Shown here one piece after another: positions 13,193-23,854 of a DNA stretch of 64,000 nt. This DNA comes from Gonapodya sp. JEL0774. Taxonomy: Eukaryota. Numbering within the stretch: the stretch's first letter is position 1; each line of letters opens with the position of its first letter. The DNA lies in NCBI GenBank assembly GCA_027604505.1, contig JADIIX010000057.1, forward strand, positions 1 to 64,000, read 5' to 3'. The position numbers and the translations under genes are program-made. A model generated the notes under the pieces. That model saw nothing but the letters and a program-made list of their open reading frames with translations. It was not told where the DNA came from and did not search any database.

Positions 13193-14134
13193 ATGAACGG
13201 ACACGCGAGATTGCCCCTGTGCTTGTTGGTGCTCTCCGTGTTTCTCGCATCCGGTGTAAAAGGTACGCTGTTCGTTCATGATGCGGACACAAGCCACCAC
13301 AACTGACACCTGCGAACTTGGGCGCTCGTTTCCAATCATCTTTCCATCTATCTACAAGCCCAGCAATGCTACTGCCTTTGTTGTTCGTCTCCCTTTGGCT
13401 GCCTGAACTCGAATAATGTCAGAGTTTCTGCTGTGAACTTCCCTGCCTCCTCCTGTGTCACGAGTGTATGCTATGGTTTATCGGGCGCCGGAAGTGTGAG
13501 TAATGATGGCTCTTCCCCTCTGAATCTCGGTCTCGCCGACAACTGACTGTATTTCTTTGGCTACCACCAGTGTCCGTCTTTGGACTCCGTTTACTGCTTG
13601 TCCGGGCAGACTGGAGGTCTTTGCGGTCTGATAAACTACTACCGGGGTGGATTGTCGTATGGCGTCTGGGCAGCGATAGCAGTCGCAGCTACTTTCCTTT
13701 TCTTCCTCATCATTTTCTCGTGGATCTGCTGCTGTCGAACCACCGTGAGAACCGAAACATAGATGAAATTCTGCAGAGGATCTTTTCTCATATGTGTGAC
13801 TCGATCCTCTTTAGGGACGGTACCATCAGTACTACCTCTCCATGAGAGGCAAAGATTCGACATCCAATGTTGCAATGGCCCCGTTGGTGAGTCCTCAAGC
13901 CGGCCGGGCTACTCTACCTTGAGTCATACCTGACCCTAATGTATACAGGCTCAGCAGCCACCGCCATACTACCCGCCCCCTCCTGGTCCTCCCTCGTCGC
14001 CCCTCTCTCCACATCCTGTCCAGTACCCACCACCTCCTTCCCAGTATCCACCTCCTACCCAGTATCCACCTCCACCACCCTCGTATCCACCACCACAGCC
14101 ATATGATTCTTACCCGATGCAGACCAAGAGCTGA
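13193..14134 (+). CDS. Small single-pass membrane protein: signal peptide, Cys-rich ectodomain, TM + CCC, Pro/Tyr-rich (PPxY) tail; Shisa/VOPP1/WBP1-like architecture
   Basis: Five exons splice in frame: MNGHARLPLCLLVLSVFLASG / QCYCLCCSSPFGC…CVTSVCYGLSGAGS / CPSLDSVYCL…GVWAAIAVAATFLFFLIIFSWICCCRTT / GRYHQYYL…MAPL / AQQPPPYYPPPP…PPSYPPPQPYDSYPMQTKS*. The first intron boundary has two possible solutions. Confidence 0.8.
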
Positions 14135-14621
14135 AGGATTCCGCCGAGCATGATTTCGAATTGTTCCTGATACGGATTTGTTGGCGGCATTGTTTTTGGT
14201 AACATGTAATACTCTCATTCTTGGTATTATCAGTCGAGCATTGAGCAATTGAATTTGATAAAGGCGTGAACTTGCGTTGTTCCCCATTCTGATTACAGAA
14301 TTCACTGTCCATGAGCAATAAACAATTCTTTCAAGCCTTCTCGCAATATATTACTACGCCGCAGGATGTCGAATCTCCGAAGGAGGTGGATCAGCAAATG
14401 CCCGCAAAAAAACCGGTGTAGTCGGAATTTCACCTGCCGCCACCAACCACCAAGGAAACTTGCGAAAGTCGAAGAAGCAGGCTTATGGAGGAACTGAGGG
14501 GGACGGGGATGAATCTGACCATCTAGTATGAATTGTAACATTGCAGATGCAGCTGATGACTCTGTCTGTGCATTATTACACATAGACGCTCGTGCGAAAT
14601 AATTTATATGCAGTGTTTGTT

Positions 14622-17600
14622 CTACCATCTCCACAGCCGCTCCAGCTCCCGCTCCACATATTCACCAGATACAAAATCACTCGAGCGCATGATGCTCAAC
14701 AAGCCCACCAGAAATAAGTCTTGCAAAGGACCACCCCCTGCACCAGCAATCGACGACACCGAATCTATTGTGTCTCCCAAATTGGCAGAGCCACGTGGGC
14801 CAGACGACACACCTTGCGCCATATCATGGACTCCGTTTGCTTTGGGCGTCTCACGGAACATCTTCCACTCGGCGAGGCGTGATTGATACATCACATGAAG
14901 CTGGGGTCCAGGAACGTCGTGCAGCGTCAGCAGAACCTTCAAGCTCCTGTAATGCTTGTTTGATTGCAGTTCGGGAGAGGGAATACCTTCACCTAATGTG
15001 GAGTTGGAAAAGTCCATCTTGCATAAAGAGGAACGCTGATGGAACAGATTCTCTCACCATCGCAGTTGAAAAAGAGCTCAAGAACTTCCAACCACGCAGT
15101 CACCATGAGAGATTGACCGACTTCAAGAACACTGAGCGTTCGACCGTCGTGTCTTTTTCCCACCAACATCTCATCGACACCGACTACAACTACTTGCTCC
15201 AGGCTACGAACTGTGACGTCCCAAACTCTCCTTGAAAGCTTTTCGACATTACCGTCGGACAATGCTCCTGCAAGAGCTGACAGGTTTGCATCCAGAAACG
15301 ACGTCAGAGGGGCCACATCGAATTCGGCATCGGAGGAGGTGTGTGGGAGTACGTCTCGAGTCGGCATGAAAGCATTTTTGAGTGGATTTTTGTGAACCCG
15401 CTTGTGTGCCTTAAGAAATCGATAGAAAGCGTAGGACAGATCTCGGCAGATCTGATCGTAGGGAAATTTAATGAATGAGAGACCACTTTCCCAATTTCGA
15501 GCTCCCCCACAACCAAATTCAAAGCTCCCCCACAACTCACCTCATTCACGATCGTCGCTTCGATGGCATCAACCCAGCAGCCAATAACTTTCGCAGATTT
15601 CTCCCTCCACCATTCAAGTGCAACCTCCCATCCTTCACCATCATTTGTGACCGGAACCAGTCCCAAAGTCCCTTCCAAAGCGGGACCACCGTAGGGTCCG
15701 AGTTCAACCGTGAAGTCACCGATTCCCAACGCCTTTTCTCCCTCTAGAACTTTGCCCCCAGACCAACGCCCGTCGGCTGATTTCACAGCTCGCACTTCAC
15801 AACGGGCTCGAACGCCACCAGCAACAGCCATTCGACGATCCATTCGGTCCTGAATCTCCACGTAAAATCTTTCGACGATGGATTTTTGAGGCCATGAAAG
15901 CCATTCGCTTGTACGAAGGGGTACATCGGCACCTAGTCTGCCAGTTGGACCTGATCTGGCTAGCATTCCATCCCGCGAAGAGTGAAGACTCACAACCAGG
16001 GGACACGATGGCATGCGAGTGAGTGGGCGGTTGCGTAACGTGTGAAGTTCAATTGTCAGGAGTGAGTGTGAAGGAGGTATGGAAAGGCGGCAGAGTTCAG
16101 ATTGTGACGGGTCCGACAACTTGTTCGTAGAGGCGCTGCGCAGCTCCGCAAACGAATCTCCATTCCTTGGAATCGATACAATTTTATCAAAAAGCCGATC
16201 TGCCAGGCGCCGAGTGGTGGCGAGGTCATTCAGGACTGCTACAGCCTGGGTAGTATTCTAAATTATGTGAGCAACCATTCAAGACATATAACGACTAAAC
16301 TCACCTCACGATCCCAGCATACGACCTGTTGGTGTTCTTCTGCCACTGAAAATGACGGCCGCCTCGGCGGCAGAGGCGGTGTTGCCCCTTTCACACTCTT
16401 CATTCGGCCCCACTCGGATTTGCCTTTCCTATGTTCGACGCGTATCCTTCCAAATCTTGCGTCGTAACGTCTTCGTTCCTCTTCTCCCCCTTCATCGCGA
16501 CCATTCGACGACGCTGGCGAGGAAGGTGGCGTCTTAGGTGAATTCCTTCGGAACACTCCTACGGCAGCGGTGGTGAGTTCTGTGATTGGTGAGATGGATC
16601 GCGACCGTCCATTGTTGGATGTCTGCTTTGGTGCTACTAGTTTCTCGACTTCAAGTCCATTACTTCCGGGACCACGGGCGAGCGCCTCATGAAAACCAAC
16701 CTCCACAGCGGCTTCCGTGGAAACTGAAGATGCAATGGATACGAAACGGCGCCATAAATGTATCGCCAGCCGCTCAGTGGTGAGGCTGATAAGGCGGGCG
16801 AGCAGGAGGGACCAACGACGAAGGTCTGGAGAGTGACTTGGGGTTTGGATATTGGTTACGATCTCTCAAACAATACGCAACCCTTCACATGTCGTTCTCA
16901 CCTCCAAACAGCTCCTGCCACTACATCCACAACGGCTTCAGCGACAGTGAATACGTCAACAACCGCCGCTGAAACTCCCCCATCGACTTCCTTTCCAGCT
17001 ACTTCGACAGCTCGATCTGCCCACGCCTGTGCTTCGTCGCAGCGGGACGATAGCCACCGGGACACCAGTGGGGCAAGAAAAGCTTCTGAACACAGCAACG
17101 GAGCAGCTGTGGTGGCAAGAGAGTTATCATGGGCGAGATAGTTGATGATTTGACGAATTGCCTTCTGAATCGCTATGGGCACGGAGGCATCAGGAGCAGC
17201 AGACAAGGCAGCAGATGCGGATGACTCAATATCCGCAGCGATACGTGTGACAAGCTGCCCTACAACGACTTGACAGTAAATGATGGCTACTGCAGCAGCA
17301 CTTGTGCGATGAGGCCTATCAGATATCTCCGCACAGGCGCGCGACCACGATCGAATCAAGGGCGACAAAGACTCCACAATCTTTAAGAGGGAGGGTAGAG
17401 GTAACGTAGGTGCTTCCGTTGGCGGGGAAGGAGGGCAGTTGGGATAGGACACGAGTGAGGATGAGGTGAGCTAGTGTGGGAGAATTGGGATCATCAAAAT
17501 AGATTTGGGGATGATCGTATATAGGGATAGAGCATACCGTGCCAAGCTGCTTGGCGATTGCTTCGTCCCCGCCTTCCCACTCAATCCCCGACGGTTCCCC

Positions 17601-19554
17601 AGGAATATGGAGTGGCTCAACCAACCTTGCGCGCCGACACAGAATTATTATCCCCCACAGTGCTTCTAGCTCATTAGCAACTTCTGCACTAGAAAGAGTG
17701 ACAGCACTTGCTGACCTTCCCTGAGATATCGCCGGGAAGGAAGCTAGCGCCTTGACCGCACAGTCACGAGCAGCAAGACATGCAAACCGCAGCATTCGGA
17801 TGGTCGAGGTTGTTGGGGGGTCAGAGGAAGAGGCTGAGACTGGCAGAAAAGAGAGAGCTGCTGGAAGTAGAAGATGGGCCGCGTGCGTGCCTCGTACCCG
17901 TCCAAGGAATCTTGAATCCGTCACTCCTGGATCGGAATCAAGCAACCGGGTCCAGACAGCAACTGCAGCTTCCAGGTCTACCGCGGCGCGCCACGAGCCC
18001 GTATCTGGTATACTCCACGCGCGTGCGCATGCGTCCAGAAGGATCCGCGGTGCGGTTTGTGTAAACAGTTCGGTAAAACGGGAAGACTCGTGGGAGTGTT
18101 GGTCGAAATCACCACTGGAGCTAGAAGCAACGGCTCCGATGCGACCAGAATGACTCTCGTACTCCACGAGTACGTTCAGCAGTGCTCGGAAAGCCTCACG
18201 CGGACGGTTTGGAACGAAAGAACTGAACAGATTCCCAAAATATGGTGCAGCCTCATCTCTACTTGTGATTGCTCGAGCAGAAACAAGTGCCCGACCCTTC
18301 ACGTGAGATCGCGCAGACCGTCGTAGGAGTTCAAGATCCCACGATGCTTTGGGCATCGAAGTGATCACGCCGGTGCGAATTGTGGTGAGCGGAACTCCGA
18401 AACCTCCGAGGAAACGATCCGTCGAGGAGTCTTCACCCTTGATACCACGAGAGAAAACATGGGCGATGAGAGTTCGGGAGTCGTCGGGTGAAATAAGGAG
18501 CGGAAGTGCCAGGTTGAAAGATGGGTCGAGCGTGGAGATTGAGACAGAAGATGTCGCTAAGAGGTCAGCCGGGAGGGATGGGACGAGACTGATATGAGTA
18601 GAGAATTGGTGGGACAGAGTACAATAAGATTCTGAATTTGTATGCCTCAATCCTCATCATCTCAAAAATACGAAAACCGTCCAACCAAACACACACATCC
18701 AACTCACCCAATCTGACTCACAGCAGCAACACTTGTTTCTCCTAAACCAACTTTGACGTAGGGATTGCTGGAGCTACCCTTCTCCTTCGCAAGAAGTCCC
18801 CGGGCTCCCTCCAGTGTTACAATCACGAGAACAGGTTTCAACGCAGCTTGAGCCCCATCAGTGGTAATCTCATTGTGTAATTGCTTACAAAGCTTCTGCG
18901 AAACTCCCGCTGTCTGGGCATTTCGAACTAGCCTGAGGGATTCTTGAAGTTTCCACTGGGAATATGCTGTGCCGGAAAAGAAGTCCCCTGGCTGGAACTC
19001 GGCCATATCGAGTGCAAGCAAGCGCAGCAGCGTAGCGTAGTGGGCATCGGGGGTAGTCCGTGATAACCGAAGCTGAGTTGGAGAGACAGATCTTCTGGAG
19101 CCCCAGACGGTCTCAAACGCATTTCGAGCGTAAATTTGCACCGAGCGGTCACTAAGAGAAGGCGATTCCAGCCGATCCCGTGGCAGCGATTGTGTCCATT
19201 CCACTGCGGAGAGTGCCTTCCGCGGTTGGAATATCGCAATAGCACAGTACAACAGCATAGTGGATGAGGTTTCCAAATTGCACGATCAGTTTAGTATCTC
19301 ACATTGCAAGTAGGCTTTATGTGTTTCGAGAAAGCCGGACTCACTGTTAACAGCAAATGACTTCGCTCCGATGCTTGAACACCATCCAAAGTTTCCACAG
19401 CTCCCGCCCCACTCGATTCAGTGTCCATCGGATACTTCTCCGAGCTCGACAAAAACTCCCCTTCTCTTTGAAATCGGTCGACTCCGTTTTCTGTTGTCTG
19501 GGACAATTGTTCGTTGGGGCTTTTGTGACGTCTGATTCTGTGAGCCCACTTCAT
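14622..19554 (-). CDS. Munc13/Unc13-like protein, paralog A: N-terminal C2, helical MUN region, second C2-like segment, MHD2
   Basis: C2: VLVIVTLEGARGLLAKEKGSSSNPYVKV…DPSFN…DRFLG…LLRRSARSHVKG. MHD2-like: PLTSFLDANLSALAGAL…LSRRVWDVTVRSLEQVVV…WLEVLELFFNCDGEGIPSPELQSNKHYRSLKVLLTLH. Start and some internal exons are approximate. Confidence 0.8.
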
Positions 19555-20516
19555 TTGTGGATCAGCTGCTGTCACACCGGAATCAATTATTCCATTGTTC
19601 GCACCGAACTATTCTTTGCTCAACGGGAAATCCTCAGCTCGCAACTTTCCGTGTGTCTAAAACTCCTGCTTTTGCAATCCATCACCCGTCGACGAGCTGC
19701 CATCCGATTTGGAGACGGTGGCACGTGATTTGCAGCAGAAAAACTCTCGGAGACGCATAAATTGTCCAAAAAGAAGGTTTTCACAGTCATGAGCTCTGTA
19801 TGAGAGTTGATATCCTTGCAATCTATGCGACGACTCGGGATCTGAAGGTTTATACACGAAACTCTCAACCAGTTGGTTCGCAGAATTCGACTTGCAACGA
19901 AGTCCCCTTCGAAGTTGCTCTCTGGTTGTTCTTTCAATGGAGATATTCGTGAGGTCATGTTCACGGAGCGCGCCTCGGAAGAACACCAAGCTCGCTTTGC
20001 ATACTTCCTGCCCCTGCCCTCGCACACTCATATCATCTTGCGCGTCCTCGATTTCTCTTCTCGAGACTGAGTGTGGAACGTGGTCTTCGCCAGGTGCAGG
20101 CAGCCAAGCGTGAGAGGCACAAACAATGGAGGAAACGCATCTGTGGCACAATAGTTCGCTGCTGGAGCTTTTCGGTTGAGAACTGCTTGTGTTGATCTTT
20201 TGGTTCGGCCCTCTGGGCGCCGGAGCTGGGGAGCTTTGAGTTGGGTTCAGCCGAACTGCAATCGGATTCCTCTTGTGAACTGCCGTGCTTCGCTGAAAAG
20301 CGCCGCGCGCATTTTGATCACACGAGTGAAAGAGCGCGGGCACCTACAGGCGAGGAGGCTTGCGTGTTTGTCTTTACGGATGATAGAAGATTGAGCTTTG
20401 CAAGTTTCCGTCCGCCTTATAAGAGTCTCCAAAAGCGACGATGCACGTCATCGCTCCCTCCCACAAGTCCCGATCATCGAACAAAACTCAACTCTATCCC
20501 CAGAGCTCCCCCTCCA

Positions 20517-21176
20517 ATGTTCGCCTACGCGCCTCCGGTGATGTCGGGTTTCAACGCTGCCCCCCAACCCCCACCCTCGCCTGCCCCAGGTGCTCCCTCG
20601 ATAGCTTCTCCTCCACAGCCAGAGTTATATCCGTCCAGCTACGGAGCTCCAGCACAACCTTACGGAGCTCCAACGCAATCTTCTGGATCGCAGACTTCAC
20701 AAACATTGGATGGTACTCCAGCGATGGCTGCTCCCCTAGTGCGAAAGTTCCGGGCAGGGTACAACGATGTGTTGGACAAACGGGATGCAGTCCCCGCCCA
20801 GCGTGAACCCGTTCGCTACACCCCCGAGCAGATCCTGTCCATCCTCGTATCTTTGCAGCACTTTGACGGTTCCTTCGCGTCCGATGCCCGCGTCTTTGGT
20901 ATTTCCCCCGCTATCAGGGCAACCCCGCCTGCCGGCCGCAACCCCGAGGAATGGGCTACGGCGGTGGCCATCGCGTTGATGCAGGTTCGATTGGCGGCTC
21001 AAAAGTACGAGTGGGAGTTGATGGCAGACAATGCGGTGGCGTGGTTGGATGGGAGGGTTGGGGAAGAGGAGAGGAAGAGGTTGGTGGAGAAAGCGGCGAG
21101 TGTGTTGTGGTGGGCAGTGGGTGGGGAGGAGGAAGGTTGGGTATTATTCGCAGAGTATTTGAAATTTGTATGTTGA
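20517..21176 (+). CDS. Pro-rich protein with a stand-alone helical domain of the type found at the C-terminus of VWA5A/VIT-vWA proteins
   Basis: Intronless. LVSLQHFDGSF…WATAVAIALMQVRL…EWELMADNAVAWL matches the LxxLQxxDGSF/W, WATAxA and EWELxAxKAxxWL motif set. Confidence 0.75.
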   Translation: MFAYAPPVMSGFNAAPQPPPSPAPGAPSIASPPQPELYPSSYGAPAQPYGAPTQSSGSQTSQTLDGTPAMAAPLVRKFRAGYNDVLDKRDAVPAQREPVRYTPEQILSILVSLQHFDGSFASDARVFGISPAIRATPPAGRNPEEWATAVAIALMQVRLAAQKYEWELMADNAVAWLDGRVGEEERKRLVEKAASVLWWAVGGEEEGWVLFAEYLKFVC

Positions 21177-21686
21177 AGTGTCCAGTTTGTTCTTTCAATA
21201 AGACTAGTATTACGTTTTTAATTACCGCGAACACTTGCCCCAAGTTCGAGTGACGACACCTGGTTCTTGGTCTTTGGTCTATCCAATTCGACGTGTACGC
21301 GCTTCTACGTTTCTAAGGATAACTCGCTTGAACTCATGGTTGGGTGCAGGATTCGCACCCATCGCGTGAATGATTCTTTGATTGACCCTTGCCAACCCAA
21401 ATTCTTCATTATTATTCTGGCTCCGTGTGTCTTAAGATTGATTCTGCGTTACTTCTTTGTGACCAGGCTAAAATTTGACTTTATTCTGATCCAGCGCTGA
21501 TCGGTCTCATACAGGAACTTCATTGGGTCGGGAAAGAGGTGGACGATGGATCGGGAACAGGGCTTTGTATGATACGTGTATGAAAAGGATCACGTGTTTT
21601 TAGTTTGCCACAAGCTAAACGGAGAAACAAACCCATACCTGAAGTTGGAACCGAAGGTCCCCAAATCCATCAAATCACCAACCACA

Positions 21687-22250
21687 TGGCCGAGTCACTC
21701 CCTCACGCTGTACTCACAGACGATCTTCTGTTGGAGTACTTTGAGCGCGCCGTGGTAGGCGAAACTTGGACTCAACCAACAATCCGCGCTACTACTCCCC
21801 TCACTCCTCTGTCGGCCATCCTGAATATACCTCCAAGCTACGACGCTATGAGAGCACTGACCGCTCTCCGCGTAATGCAAAGCGGTTTCTCGAAGTGAGC
21901 CCCTCAAGATACACACGAATGTTACATGAGTTTGTAGTGCATGATGGGTACGACCTCCCACGCGCACCTCCAGACGGAGTGCACGAAAGACTCAAAGAGA
22001 TAGTGGAAAATTTGGCTTCGAATATCAACCTCATCACCGGAATGGTCTTCAAGTTTGTGCCCCTCGAAGATAGGATGCAATTCCAAGGAAGGGGTGAGCT
22101 CCACGCAAGAGAGGCCAATAGATCTTCTTCTTAGGCGTTATTGTCGGTGAAAAAAAGAAAACTCGCAAATTGTTGCGGACCAGTGCACGACAGGAGCACA
22201 ACCAGACAACCAGAGAACGTGACATCCCAATTCCACGCATTTTTGACTGA
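21687..22250 (+). pseudogene. Possible degenerate or unresolved coding remnant
   Basis: Two protein-like frames (MAESLPHAVLTDDLLLEYFE… and HDGYDLPRAPPDGVHERLKEIVENLASNINLITGMVFKF…) with GTGAGC..AG intron-like segments. The first intron does not join the frames without a stop. Confidence 0.25.
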
Positions 22251-22454
22251 TTGGAACTTCCATTTGAGGATCCGCGCAGTCTCTGTGAACTGTCGGTGCT
22301 GGTTTGAATTCCGATCGTCGGGATCATAGACGGGTCTCGTGCCTGAACCAGGCAATCTGGCACGCGCAGGTAGCACGCTTCGCAGCCGTTCATCACAGAC
22401 TCCTCCTCTCGATCCTCAACTCACGGTGCAGATTTATTAGACCTTCCCGAGCAG

Positions 22455-23530
22455 ATGGATATCAACACAATCAACAACCTTGCTGTTAATGCCTTCGGGA
22501 GCGGCCTCGCTGTAATGGCACTCATCGTGGTCGGAATCAATCTTTACGGAACACAGGGCTACGGGTAAGAATGGCCATGGGTTTAAATTGTAAATGCAAT
22601 TTCTCCAATTCCAACTCCACCCGTACGCAGTCGGCAGCTTCATATTCGATACATGGTCTATATGATCGGCAAGTAAATTGTTTATCATGCTGGCGAAGCC
22701 GGGACGTATTGTAATCTGCTTGGCTGAATTTGTTCTCTTGAAGCTGTCGCACTTGCAATGTTCTCAAACGTCATGAACATAATCTGGTCCTCTCAAGGGG
22801 TTTGCACCCCCGTCTGGTCCCGTTTGAACAACATCTGCTATTACATTACGAAGATCATATTTACCAACGTTGCGTTGATTCGTTTCGCGATGGTCACTCC
22901 GAGCTTGGCCCAGAAAACGATGATCGGCGTTCAAATTTTCAGCGCGGTTTGGTACTTGATCTTGCTTATTGTGGTTCAGGTTGGGTCGGGATTCGACTAT
23001 TCGTGGTGCCAAATGTTGTTTGCTATCGAGCCGGGCTACCCCCTCTTCGCGTTCCAGTTTTTCATCGACATTGTCACCACGTCTCGCTTCCTGTTCGTCC
23101 TCTACTCTCTACGATGGGGCAAGAAAGAGATCAACTGGATCTCCTTTATCATTGACATCTCCATCGTTCTTGCGATTCTTTCGTCGCTTGTCGACTCCGT
23201 CATTGCGCTCTCAGAGCTTACCAAACCTGTCCAAGCAATCAACTGGCAGAGATTCCTCGCTTCAGGGTCTGCACACTTTATCATCACTGGCTGCTTATAT
23301 TGCGTGATGTCTGTGTACAGTCACCTGGACAAGTCTTCCAACAAGTCAACAAGTCAGGGCACCCGGTTAAGTGTCTCTGTTTCCACAACAGGGCAAAGCA
23401 AAAGTGGTGAGTTCGGAAACTTGTGCCAACATTATTGACAAATTTGCCATTTATGTAAGCCGCACTTCGTCTACCGAAAGGTGTGCGTCCAACCGATATC
23501 AAGGCTTCTTGTCCCGTCCAGTCGGCATAG
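22455..23530 (+). CDS. Seven-transmembrane, GPCR-like orphan membrane protein
   Basis: The spliced product has seven hydrophobic segments, a Cys before TM3 (GVCTPVW), a Cys in the TM4-5 loop (SWCQML) and a Ser/Thr-rich tail. It includes a GC-AG intron at 22669-22743. The stop is at 23438 if the last intron is not used. Confidence 0.7.
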
Positions 23531-23854
23531 TTACACAGCTGTGCTATGAGCACGATTGAACAGGGTGACTCAACTCGTCACTCGTGGACCGAATGTGTTT
23601 TGCTTTATTTGTGACAACCTTGTTGTATGTAATAATAAGTTTTACCTTTTGAACAGAGGCAAACATGCACCCGTGCCTCTTTCTGGGGGGGCATCAACCC
23701 TTTGGCGCGATGTTGTTTTCTCTTTGTATGGTCGGCTCAACGTTTGGCCGAGAAATGAAAATCCCGATATTCAGCTGTTTTCCAGTTCCGTACCACCAAC
23801 TCATTCCGCCTATTCCCCCTCCTATTTTCTTGACCCACACACTGGTTTTGCTCC

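Noticed and set aside
12843..13292. 149-aa minus-strand ORF
   Set aside because: Non-ATG start, no motif, and it overlaps the better-supported first exon of the + strand membrane-protein gene
14302..14634. 110-aa ORF directly after paralog A
   Set aside because: It lies in the convergent 3' region; no motif and no evidence that it extends the MUN gene
19620..20343. Overlapping minus-strand ORFs (228 and 135 aa) upstream of paralog A
   Set aside because: No family signal, and I could not splice them convincingly to paralog A
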